64,000 bases of DNA from contig OZ024743.1 in assembly GCA_964016885.1 (NCBI GenBank), forward strand, positions 342,426,001 through 342,490,000, given 5' to 3'. The position numbers were made by a program, and so were the translations under genes. The DNA is from Eledone cirrhosa (lineage: Eukaryota). Shown here in pieces: positions 53,242-64,000 of this stretch. The notes beneath the pieces were generated by a model. It was not told the DNA's origin and made no database searches. It saw nothing but the letters and a program-made list of their open reading frames with translations. Position 1 is the first letter of the stretch; every line of letters begins with the position of its first letter.

Positions 53242-53900
53242 TTATTTGTACTTTTAAGCTTCACTGAATTACCTGGTAAGCGATATTATTCATTGAGATG
53301 TAATGTATATTACTGACTAATTTTTCAAATATATATTATATTTCTATTTCTACTTCAAAAATTGTCTAGTTGATTATACGTTTGTAAATTGAGTGCTTCT
53401 GGCAGAAATTAACTATTTTAATTAACTATTTTAATTAAAAAATCTTCTTGATTTTGCTTGCGAAACTGCTGTAAGAAGGAAAACAATTCGTTGAACCCAA
53501 TGCCTTTAGATCGCTTGACAAAGAATTTTGCCTCTGGAGTGATACGCATATAGAGTTCCTTTATTTCAAGTGCTCTGATGGAATCTTCTCTCTAGTCAAT
53601 TCTGAGTCTTATTCAAGTTCAATATTTGTATATATATATTTGTATATATTATTTGCATACGTATGAGTAAATTGAGTTACCAGGCAGGTTTGAATGCTTT
53701 GTAATGATATTAAATTTATGAAACCCAGACAATGCGTCTGAGGACATTAGACATTGATTTTTTTTTTATTTCCAAATGTTTAGTCAATAATTATTTCTTC
53801 TGTGAATCAGCATAATATTCCTTATCACGTCTGAAATTGTGGCAAAGTTGAAATAGTAGCACGGTAAAATTCATACTTTTGTATATATATATATATATAT

Positions 53901-54516
53901 GATATATTTTCTTTAGGTCATTTTGGAAGCTTCAACAATGAAGATGGGTAATTCTCCGGGTAACGAGATCCGGTGGTGGACAGAGAGATGTAAGTGAATG
54001 TAGAATGAAATGTATAGTGTGTAGAAGAGCGTAGGAAAGAGCGTAAAAATAAAAATAAAAACACGAGATAGAGTTACCTTGCGAGATATTTAATTGTCCC
54101 TATATATTTCGGATTCACATCCATCAAATGGGAGGTTTTTCCGGGGGGGGTTATCTGTCGGAAAGGTGCGAAACATGTCCTCCGCTGTTCGTTGTTTTGA
54201 ATATCAGATACTCAAAACAACGAACAGCGGAGGACACGTTTCGCATCTTTCCGACAGATAACCTCCCCTCCCCCGGAAAAACCTCCCAGTTGATGGATGT
54301 GAATCCGAAATATATAGGGACAATTAAATCTCTCCCAAGGTAACTCTATCTCGTGTTATTATTTTTATTTTTACGCTCTTTCCTACGTTCTTCTATACAC
54401 TATACATTTCATTCTACATTCACTTACATCTCTCTCTCCACCACCGGATCTCGTTACCCGGAGAATTACCTATCTGCATTGTTGAGGCTTCCAAAACGAC
54501 CTAAAGAAAATATATC
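53901..54516. mobile_element. Fold-back element with ~305-bp arms and almost no spacer
   Basis: Arms highly similar reverse complements; centre ~54206; (TA)n flanks; HHR-like GAAA-TATA-TA and GAAA-CRTG-TC motifs. Confidence 0.92.
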
Positions 54517-54571
54517 TTATAATTCCACAATGCTTCAAGCAAACTTCAATACTCTCATATATATATATATA

Positions 54572-54605
<34 letters not shown>

Positions 54606-54612
54606 TATTATT

Positions 54613-54805
54613 AGGGCGGTGAATTGGCAGTATCGGTAGAGGGTCGGGTGCCATGCTTTGCAGCACAGTTACGTCCCTTTACGGACTGAGTTCAAATCCC
54701 GCCGAGGTTAACTTTGCCTTTCATCCTTACGGGGGTCGATAAAATAAAGTACCAGTAATACACTGGATAATTGCTGGCCTTGTGCCAAAAGTAGAAACAA
54801 GTATT
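54613..54805 (+). mobile_element. SINE, near-consensus
   Basis: GGGCGGTGAATTGGCAGTATCGG, GAGTTCAAATCC; sits in (ATT)n. Confidence 0.9.
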
Positions 54806-54861
54806 ATTATTACTATTATAAAATAACATGAGGCTGGACTGTAATTCCTTAGAAGTTTATT

Positions 54862-54919
54862 ATACTATGAACATTTCAATGACCGGGTTCAGTATGAATC
54901 CGGTGACTTCATCAGGTAT
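54862..54919 (-). ncRNA. Type I hammerhead ribozyme
   Basis: ATAC-CTGATGA-stem II (ACCGG.TTCA/TGAA.CCGGT)-GAAA-TGttCA-TA-GTAT then AATAAA. Confidence 0.8.
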
Positions 54920-55078
54920 TCGAAATCCATGGGACTGAAAAAGCAGCAACAAGAAGGCGGCCACACATTTAGTAGTTTCTAGTCAGGTCGGCCGCCTTCA
55001 AATCCTCGCAAAACAAAAACATATATATATATATGTTTTTGTTTTGCGAGATTTTTATATGAAATCGTGTCGAAAGAG

Positions 55079-55560
55079 ATATTGTTATACTTGGGGAGGG
55101 TCATATTGTTGTAATAATATTGCCAGAAATAATAACAGAACACACTCACTGTTTGGTTGGTTTTCGCTTCTGTATCTTTTACATCTCCATAGTTAATTCA
55201 TTCGGCAATCAATGTTTATCATTGATTGACCAACGGGCAAAAATAAAGATATAAATACATATATATATATAGTCTAACAAAGTTCTTTCGTTGCACATCT
55301 GCTACATCATCACTGGTACTATTATGTTTCCTCCTGTTGTAATGTTTGTCTACGCCATTTTTATTTTGTTAGACTATATCTATATATGTATCTATATCTG
55401 TATTTTTGACCGTTGGTCAATCAATGATAAACATTGATTGCCAAATGAATTAACTATGGAGATATAAAAGATACAGAAGCGAAAACCAATCAAACAGTGA
55501 GTGTGTTTTGTTATTATTTCTGGCAATATTATTCCAACAATATGACCCTCCCCAAGTATG

Positions 55561-55567
<7 letters not shown>
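55079..55567. mobile_element. Fold-back of a Naiad-like pLTR end, ~200-bp arms
   Basis: 55079-55281 mirrors 55364-55567; shares atattgttatacttgggagggtcat with 32730 and 55876. Confidence 0.82.
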
Positions 55568-55617
<50 letters not shown>

Positions 55618-55704
55618 TTTACGTATCGAGAAAGAGAGAAAAAGGAGGGATAGGTGATACATATAGTTATTTCCGAACTATATAAGGAACACTTGTGATT
55701 ATTT

Positions 55705-55747
55705 ATGCCCTTGAGAAGCCCAACTGGGCGAAACGTACGTAGGTGAT
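55705..55747 (+). ncRNA. Minimal hammerhead, U3-A8 variant, weak stem I
   Basis: CC-TTGAGAA-GCCC aact GGGC-GAAA-CGTACG-TA-GG. Confidence 0.65.
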
Positions 55748-55816
55748 ATTTTAAATAAACATGTTTTAACGGTCTATTCTCCGATTTTTTACTTTCCCAC
55801 GTATATATATATATAT

Positions 55817-56985
55817 ATTTCGTTTCTGAATTTGTTTAGCAAGATTCTTTATCTGAAAACGTGTCTTGAAACCGATATTGTTATACTTTGGGAGGGTCAT
55901 GTTGCCAATAAGTAACACACGCACCAGTTGCTTACACTTCAATTTATTATAAATTTCCGGTGGGTTGGTTGGTTCCACAACCGGACGTTTGTTCATATAT
56001 TGTCAAAGTTCTTTAGTGACACATACTGTGACCTCTTCAGTGACTGGGGATTCTTATCTTTGTTTTGTGCCTCTCCTTTGTTCTATCCTACGCCATCTTT
56101 TTTTGTGTGTGTTGTGTGTGCTTAGTTTGGGCATGTGTTACATCCGGGTGTCTGTGTGTGTTTTTATTTGTTTATTTATTTGGTTATTTATATGTTACTA
56201 GTTAGTTGTTTGTTCTATGTGTGTGTGTTTTCATTTTGTCCTTAATTGTGAGTTGTGATGTTGCTATTCCATTCATGTTTTCTATTTAATTTTGGTTAGA
56301 GCTCATTTATGTTTATTGCTTCTGTGATTTGCCTAAACATTGCGTCTTTTCTGTGTGTAGAATCTGTTTTTATTTCTATGTTCTCTAATTTGCTCTTATG
56401 TTCTATTTTAGCATGTTGGTGGAGTACTGATGATTCTTTTCTATCTTGGAGATGTCTCACCTATGTACATTATATTCTTATCTTTACATTGTCCCTCAGT
56501 ACATTTTATGCTATATACTATGTTTCTAGTTTTACAGTTAATATGGGGGCTTAGTTTACAGATTATGCATTTCCTATCTATACAGGGAGGTCTTTGAAAA
56601 GGGTATATATTACTAATAAGTGTTTTTATGGAGGTATCTGGTCTTTCCACTATCTTAATATTTAGTTTAAGTTTATCTAAGGCCCTTCTAAATTTGTAAG
56701 CTAGTTCACCTCTAGGGGTTGTATTGATGAACATTACACTCTGGTATGTATTGCTATCATACCATGAGTTTATTTTATTAATCTTATTTCTAGTTCTTTC
56801 TATTCTATTCCAAAATTTGCTCCTATACAAGGGGCAGGTCCCATTTGTATCATTATTTCCCATTTTTTCCCATTTGGTTCTGGCTCCTCTATATACTCTG
56901 ATTTTATCTCTCTGATTGTAACCAGAGAACTGCATACGGTGGATGAAGTGTTGTATGTGTCTCTCAAGTTCTTTGGGGTTGCACA
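55817..56985 (-). mobile_element. 5'-truncated Naiad-like Penelope element (RT thumb, GIY-YIG, pLTR with decayed HHR 56002-56044)
   Basis: RMQFSGY, TPRGEL, KIVER, CxxxxCxxC, IVY.I.C..C..YIGET, then after a frameshifting deletion RQITEA..LNRKHEW. Confidence 0.8.
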
Positions 56986-59900
56986 TGTGTGTGTGTGTGT
57001 ATGTGTGTATGTGTGTGTGTGTGTGTGCGTGTGTGTGTGTATGTGTGTGTGAGGGGGGGGGGTAAATCTTCAGAATTCCAAGTTAGAAAATGTCGGTATA
57101 TCACGCCAGAAAAATTGATAACACGGCTGAAGGCGAAGGCAAAATGATTGTAGAGGATTGTAGCAGTCACATGTTCGCTAGATTAGCCCCGGGTTAGTAT
57201 TAGTTGAGCATTCAATGAGATTCGTTGAAGAAATAGATTCGTTTTTATTTCCTCTCTGAAGTTATACCATCCACAGCATAGACAGGGAGGACCGTAGGGT
57301 ACAGAACGGGTAAAAAGGAGGACCCTAGCGCTCCCTTGACGTTAGCACGAGATTATTTGATGGAATGGACGTGCGATTTTGGTTGTTTTATACATATTGA
57401 ACACCTTAAGCGAACTTTTCCCATCCGTGTGCAACAATACTTCATCATGTATGTGTGCATGTGCAACCCGACGAAGGAGTTTCTACGAGGTCACTCGACC
57501 TTATAGAAATAGCAACCAACCTCGCCCCATATCATTATATACATTGAACAATGTAGTCCTTAATACAGAAATGTCTGAAATGCGCTTCATCATAGATCTG
57601 TCTGACTAGAGCATTCTTGGAATAAACAACAATAAGAATATTAATATCTCCCTATGTTTTTTCTCTCTCTTTATTTATTTAAGACGCGCTTTCCTAAACG
57701 ACAGACTACAATTTTACAATGGTCTAACAATTATATTTTAGGAGACAGTATCCATTACAATGTAAAGTAGAAGACTGTAGCTTGTGTTCGTATTCAGTCG
57801 AAATCTTAATCCGTAAAATGATAGACTGGATTTATTATGTTTATATATAGCAAAAGTTGCAAGCATTGAGCCTGCAACGCAACGTGAACACTTTTGCTTC
57901 TTGTATTAGGAGTAGCTACTACATTTCCTTCAAATTACGCACTAATATCGTAAGCAAGAAAAATACACTTTATATAATGTAATTTTACATACCCGGAAAA
58001 GAGACAGCAGATCACAGCTGAAACGATAATGATCATAGGTTTGCAAGATAAGGTTAGAGCTGGTAGTAAACAACAACAGAAACAAGCACAAGATTGGCAT
58101 ATGCCGATGCAGTAAATCAATATTGTAATGTGTTTGTGTAATTAAGGTTCTTTACAGCTTTCCTTAATTTGTCGATAACTAGCTAACTTTAAACACTTCC
58201 ATTTCTATAATGCAGCCATGTATAAATTCACACGTCATTGCAGTGCATTTCAATAACACGGAGAATTCTATTTCTATGAATGTAAAGATTAAATGTCCCC
58301 CAGAATGTAACAATCAAGCTTAATAGTGACATTTCAAAATAGTATTACTGCAAAAGCTTGTTTAAATTGTAGTAAATTTCATGTTCATCTGGCACCTTTC
58401 TATTGATTGATAAGCACGCAAGTGAATATGCCATTACAGTTGAGTATTTCTGTTCCACGTTTAAAATCCCTCTCCAATAAACTTACACATAAGTAAAAAA
58501 GTATGCATGTTTCAATTTCATGTTCTTATTATACCCAATTAGCAGCGCAGCGTCACTGTGACATTTAATCATGTGCCAATTTACTTTTATTTTGATATGT
58601 ATTAATTAAGAATCATAGCAATGAGATAATTAGGAGATATTAAATGAATAAATTTGGACTGTAAACGTGTTGTTATTGTTGTTGTTTAAATGAAAGTCAA
58701 CCATAATGTTGCAGATCTATGCTCAAAGTTATTCCAACCTTGGCCATCCAGCTACTACACCCCCCCCTCCTTCCCGAGGGCGTTGAGAAGGTGCTATGAG
58801 TTTATTATTTATATATATGATATAATAGTATATTAAATATCAAATGATACATATATATATATAAATATAGTAAAGTATAAAATAGATATTTATTTATACA
58901 TAGTATATATTATATTATTTATTATATACAAATTAACAATTTTATTTAATATATATTATTTACAATTTGTGTGTAGGCAAAGTCTCTCTGGAAATATGGG
59001 TGGGGGCTGAGGGTATTACGTGGCCGTAAGTGGCGTGGTGGCCCAAAATGTTTGAAAACGTCTTTTCTAACTAAATATAGTATATCTAATACTATGTTAA
59101 TTAACGCGTCTTGTTCGGTTGCTGTGGCTTGCCACAGATCGACACTAATAAAATGGACCTATGGTCAAATATTTTCGTGACAGCTCTGTCGTTTTAGCGC
59201 TAAGTTTAAATACTCTTTCCCCAGTGGTTCTTTCCATATTTAAGACAGTAGGGTGTAATTTGAAATATATTTAGCTGCCCTTTCTCGTGGGTCCAATATC
59301 ACATTGTGATTTCCTCATTTACTGGGGAAATCAAGTTAATGTAATTAAAGATATTTTCACCAGTCCTCTAATTCGTCCATACATATCTAACTAAAAACAC
59401 GTCCATTTCTACCACGCAAGAACATTTCAATAACAACACAGAATTATATTTCACTGAACGTGAAGATTAAATGTCATTTGTAAATGAAACAATAGAATGT
59501 AATGATCACATTTTATAATAGTATTATTACAAATACTTCGTTTTAATCATGGTATAAAGTAACATCCATTTAGAATTTCCTAATGATTGATAAGTACGCC
59601 TGCGCATATGAAATTGTAAGTTGTCTTACATTCCCACAGGCAAAACCTCTCACTGAACGACATACACATATGTTGATATGTTCATGAATATTGCGATTTA
59701 ATATTCTGATTTCAGAGCATTTAGTAGCTTAGATTCAATGTGGCAGATATAGTAGTTATTTGACAGTTTAGTTTCAGGTTGACTTACATGACAAGAATTT
59801 ATTGAAATACTTATCAAGTAGACAATAAAGCAAATTAATATTCGGATCGTATAGTATTAGCAGCTTAGTTTTAAGGTGGCATATATTTAGTTGACAATTT

Positions 59901-60153
59901 AGTTTCAGTTTGACTAACGTCGAAAACTTTCATTGAAATTGTTATGAAAGCTAACAATTCTAATAATTTTATTATTTGTATATTACTAGAAAAAAAAGGG
60001 TTGATATCAGGAAGGACATCTGGTCGCGGAATATTATTTCGAGAAGTTTCATCCAGCCCACGTCAGCGTAGAAAAGCAAACGAACGTAAAAATGAGGGTG
60101 AGGCAGGAAAGGTGGGTGAGGAAGAGGAGAAATGTAATAAGAGAATAATGATA

Positions 60154-60197
<44 letters not shown>

Positions 60198-62059
60198 GGG
60201 GGAGAAAGAATTTTATTTTTATAGATTTTATTGTTGTTGTTGTTCCCCATCAGAGGACCAACAATGTTCCAGTTATCAGCACTCTATCATTTTAAGATTA
60301 TACTAGCTAATATTTCAATTCATTATTTTTACACCGTACAATTGAAATCTAAGGAATATTTTATTCTTCATAAATATTGTGGCTGTTATTCTGTTGTTGC
60401 GTACCCTGAGGTCCAGCCCAGAGAGTACAAACCTAAACTCAAAGACATTATTGCCATGCCAATCCCATCATTTTAGGGGCTTGTCGGGAACTATATTATC
60501 TAATGTGTCTTCTGCTTAATTAAGACTTATTTCAGAAAGAGATTGTAATTTGAAAAGCCCATTAGTTTTAACGTTTTTTTTTTTAAGTTCTTGTGAAGAA
60601 AAGAAAAGCAAACAACTTCGAAATCAAAACATTGACCTGGTACATGCAGTAAGGCCCAATTTTGTTAAGTACGGTGACAATTTCGAATATGTTTCCGTCT
60701 TACTGAACATCCCCAGTGAAAAATAGTCTAACCAACACTTGACAAAAGCTAAGCCGATTGTGAGATTACATTAATCTAATGAAGTTTATTTTCACCAAAT
60801 CTGAATTCGTCTATATCTAGATTGCTACACTCAGTTCTATCTCAAATACACAGCAATGCGTGAAATCACATATCAATGCAGAAGAGATAATTATGCTTCA
60901 ACAAAAGTGAAGATTAAATGTCTCTGTAAGTGCAGCATTAAAGTGTAATAGTCGCATTTTTAATATAGTAATGTAAATAGATCATGTGGCATCGCCGTAA
61001 ATTTGATTTCCATCTTTCACTTTTATATAGATTCAGGACACTGGACAAAGTTATCTTTCGCCACGGGCCTGAATGAAAGACCAATTTAAAATTGCCTCCT
61101 CCAATAAACAATAGTGGTCATAACTGGACCCCGAAACCAATGGTAGCACATACATGGTAAGTTTATGAAACTTTGTTTATACTAAATAAGTTCTCTTGCA
61201 ACAGATTGAGCACTTTTTCCTTGATCTGTCATCTACGGATTTCTAACAAAATATATAGAGAGAGATCGATAGATATAGATATATAAACAACTAAGACTGT
61301 CAATTGCACTAATATGTTATTCAATGTATCCAGGAAATCAAAGCCACCCTCAAACCTATGCCAAACATAAACCATATGCCTATATCCGACCTACGGCACC
61401 CTAAAATACGGCTCACGGATGAACTATATCAAGAATGTTCTTCCAACCGTATCCCCATCTCTCGTTAAACCTACCATTTATCCAAATCAATCACGGGTAT
61501 GAGGAATGCAGACATCATTATATAGAAATTAATTAATATGACGACACCCGTTATATTAGGTAGTCTCTATATAAAAATATACCTTATTATCTGCTGCGAC
61601 AACGATCCTCATCATGTATTTTGTCCTGTTACAACCCTTCAATGCGCCTCCTGAAATTTCCTAAAATAGAAGTTCACAACAAACCATCGCAATAAACCAT
61701 AAGCCCCAATAAACCTGAATAAACTAATAGCGTGCAGCTTCCGTGTCTATCTGATTCACGACCAAATTTATAGTGATTAAACCGGAGTTTAATGGCTATA
61801 AATTTCCTTTATACCTCACTTCAACCAAAATCAGAACACATACGACCTGGAAAATGCGATAAAAATTGAAGGAAGTTTGTATCAGAAATCTACAATCTAT
61901 ACGTTACTAGATTCAGATACTGAGTTATATTAAGAGAAAAAATAAATACATTTCTATCTAATTACATGAAATTAATACAAATACATAAATATTATGTGAA
62001 ATATACAATATCAATACTGCAATATACATATATAATATATAAGCAGAAGGGATATTCAA

Positions 62060-64000
62060 TTTGTTGGTAATTCAACAAATATAAATGTTTATAACTGATT
62101 CAGAGCACTCGACAAGTTTTCTGGAGTAAATATTCATAATTGAAAACCATAGTAATTGTGAAATTAATAGGAAAAGAAAATCCATAATACAATTCTTCAA
62201 TAACTACAACCTTAAGTTAGAAATAGAGAATAACTATAAAATGTTTAACTTCTTAGACGTAACATTAAACCTTAGCACAGGTCTTTACTATCCTTTCCAT
62301 AAAATTAATGAAAATCTAAATTATGTAAGTTTTAACTCTAATCTTCCTAGAAATATTAAGAACACTATTGTCAATAGCGTCCAACAACGGATTTCACGTA
62401 TCTCTGCTAATAAAAATATTTTTGATGATAAGGCTGAATATTATAATGAAGCTTTAAATAGAGCAGGATATTCGAATAAAATTAAATACGTTGATAACAA
62501 TAACATGGCAAATCACCCTAGTATTAATTATAACAATAATAAACAATTTAACTTAAACACTAAACCAAACAAAAAAAATAGAACTAGAAATATTATTTGG
62601 TACTCCCCCCCCCCTCCTCATTATCTTTAAGCGTTAAAACACCTTTAGCCATTTTATTTTTTACAGCACTAGACAAATATTTTCCTAAAGCCCACTCTAT
62701 TTTTAACAGATATACTATAAAACTATCCTACTCTACTACTATGAACATAGCACAAAACATAAATAGAATTAATTTAAACCCTAACGAAAATTGCAGTAAT
62801 AATAATTCTAGGAATATCCAGTATAATAGTACCGTTCCGAGCAACAACAACTCCGTAAAATGTAACTGTAGAATCAAATCAAACTGCCCTTTACAAAATA
62901 ATTGTTTAGTTAAAAATGTAGTTTATAAATGCACTGTTAAAACTAGAGATAATATATTTAACTATGTCGGTGCCTCTTTTACAGAATTTAAACAACACTG
63001 GAATAACCATAATCATACTTTTAAAAGCCCTGATAAAAATCTTCTACACTTTTACATCTTATATGGAACTTAAAAAGCAAGAATATAGACTTTTCAATAT
63101 CTTGGAAAACAATTTCAGAAGGCACCTTCGTACTGAAATATGGCTTTATCAAAATTCTGTAGATTGTGTATCGAAGAAACTTTTTATATAATTAACTGTC
63201 AAAACTATTAATCTCAGAACAGAATGATTTTCTTCTTGCAGACATCGCCAACATTCCACGTTCAAAACTATGTTTAATTTATAATATTCCTTAAACCTTC
63301 GAAATGATCTTATCTTCTTTAAAAATTTAAAATTTTTAATATTTTAACATGTTAATATTTATAAATGGTAATATCTCTAATATTTGTAATATTTTCACCT
63401 TTCGGCAAAAATTCCTTTAATATATATATATATTGTATATAATTTTAATTTTTAATCTTTTAATTCTTACATTATTATTTTTCTAATGACACTTTCTATA
63501 AAAAGTTTTTTAGACGTAGATTGATAATCATTAATTGAAAAATGTATCCTCTTCACGACAGTTTCTTAGATAAACACTCCTCTTTTGGTTTTTATGATTC
63601 TCAAACATTCACACATCTTTCGACTAAATTATTTAATTAATCTCACACTTCTTCAAATTCATCGATTAACAACCTAAATTATCTTTCCTTTCTCAGTGAT
63701 TATATACCTAACTCCGATAAATTAACAATATTATAATACATCTTCAACGCTGAACAAAATATTCAAATCTATCTATCTACATATAACACAAAATCAACAC
63801 CCTCGTAACTCATATTATAAACAACTAATAACTGTAAATTATCAATATCTCTTTAACAATTATTAGTATATATAGATATTTATACATATATCCTGATACA
63901 ATATTTCAATAAGATAAATACTTACAAACATAATTCTCCATATAAGTATAACATAGGTAAATATTCAAATTATTCTTCCCCAAAATTAACGTAATTTTCT
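62060..64000 (+). mobile_element. 5'-truncated PLE (family of 20.5-24.3 kb) with inverted pLTR end at 62060-62150
   Basis: NFLDVTL, RISRIS, YNEAL..AGY, CNCRIKSNCPL, VVY..YVG; 62060-62150 resembles the reverse complement of 20290-20405. Confidence 0.87.

Noticed and set aside
53443-53479. tcttct..GAAACTGCTGTA-agaag possible HHR remnant
   Set aside because: 5' core incomplete; too degenerate to call.
54613-54705. tRNA gene
   Set aside because: A/B boxes belong to the SINE head; no complete cloverleaf; followed by SINE body.
55427-55450. ATGA-containing hairpin as a SECIS
   Set aside because: Simple perfect hairpin (caatcaatg/cattgattg) without the GA quartet and two-stem geometry.

Overview
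AT-rich, repeat-saturated animal genomic DNA, probably a cephalopod (Octopus-like; inferred from a recurring tRNA-derived SINE and the microsatellite load). No intact host gene can be supported, and most track ORFs are microsatellite artefacts. The window is a mosaic of decayed retroelements docked in simple repeats: a near-full-length Tx1/L1-clade LINE (5.4-11.3 kb), several R4/Dong-type RLE LINE fragments, RTE and CR1 fragments, and at least two clades of Penelope-like elements (PLEs, RT + GIY-YIG). There are also about 12 copies of one SINE, two hAT MITEs and several non-autonomous Helitrons. The most striking signal lies outside the ORF track: about 20 type I hammerhead ribozyme (HHR) motifs, some canonical, some U3-A8 covariant, some non-canonical or decayed. 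Most lie in short fold-back or direct-repeat modules next to (TA)n tracts. All family assignments come from motif recognition by eye; no database searches were run.
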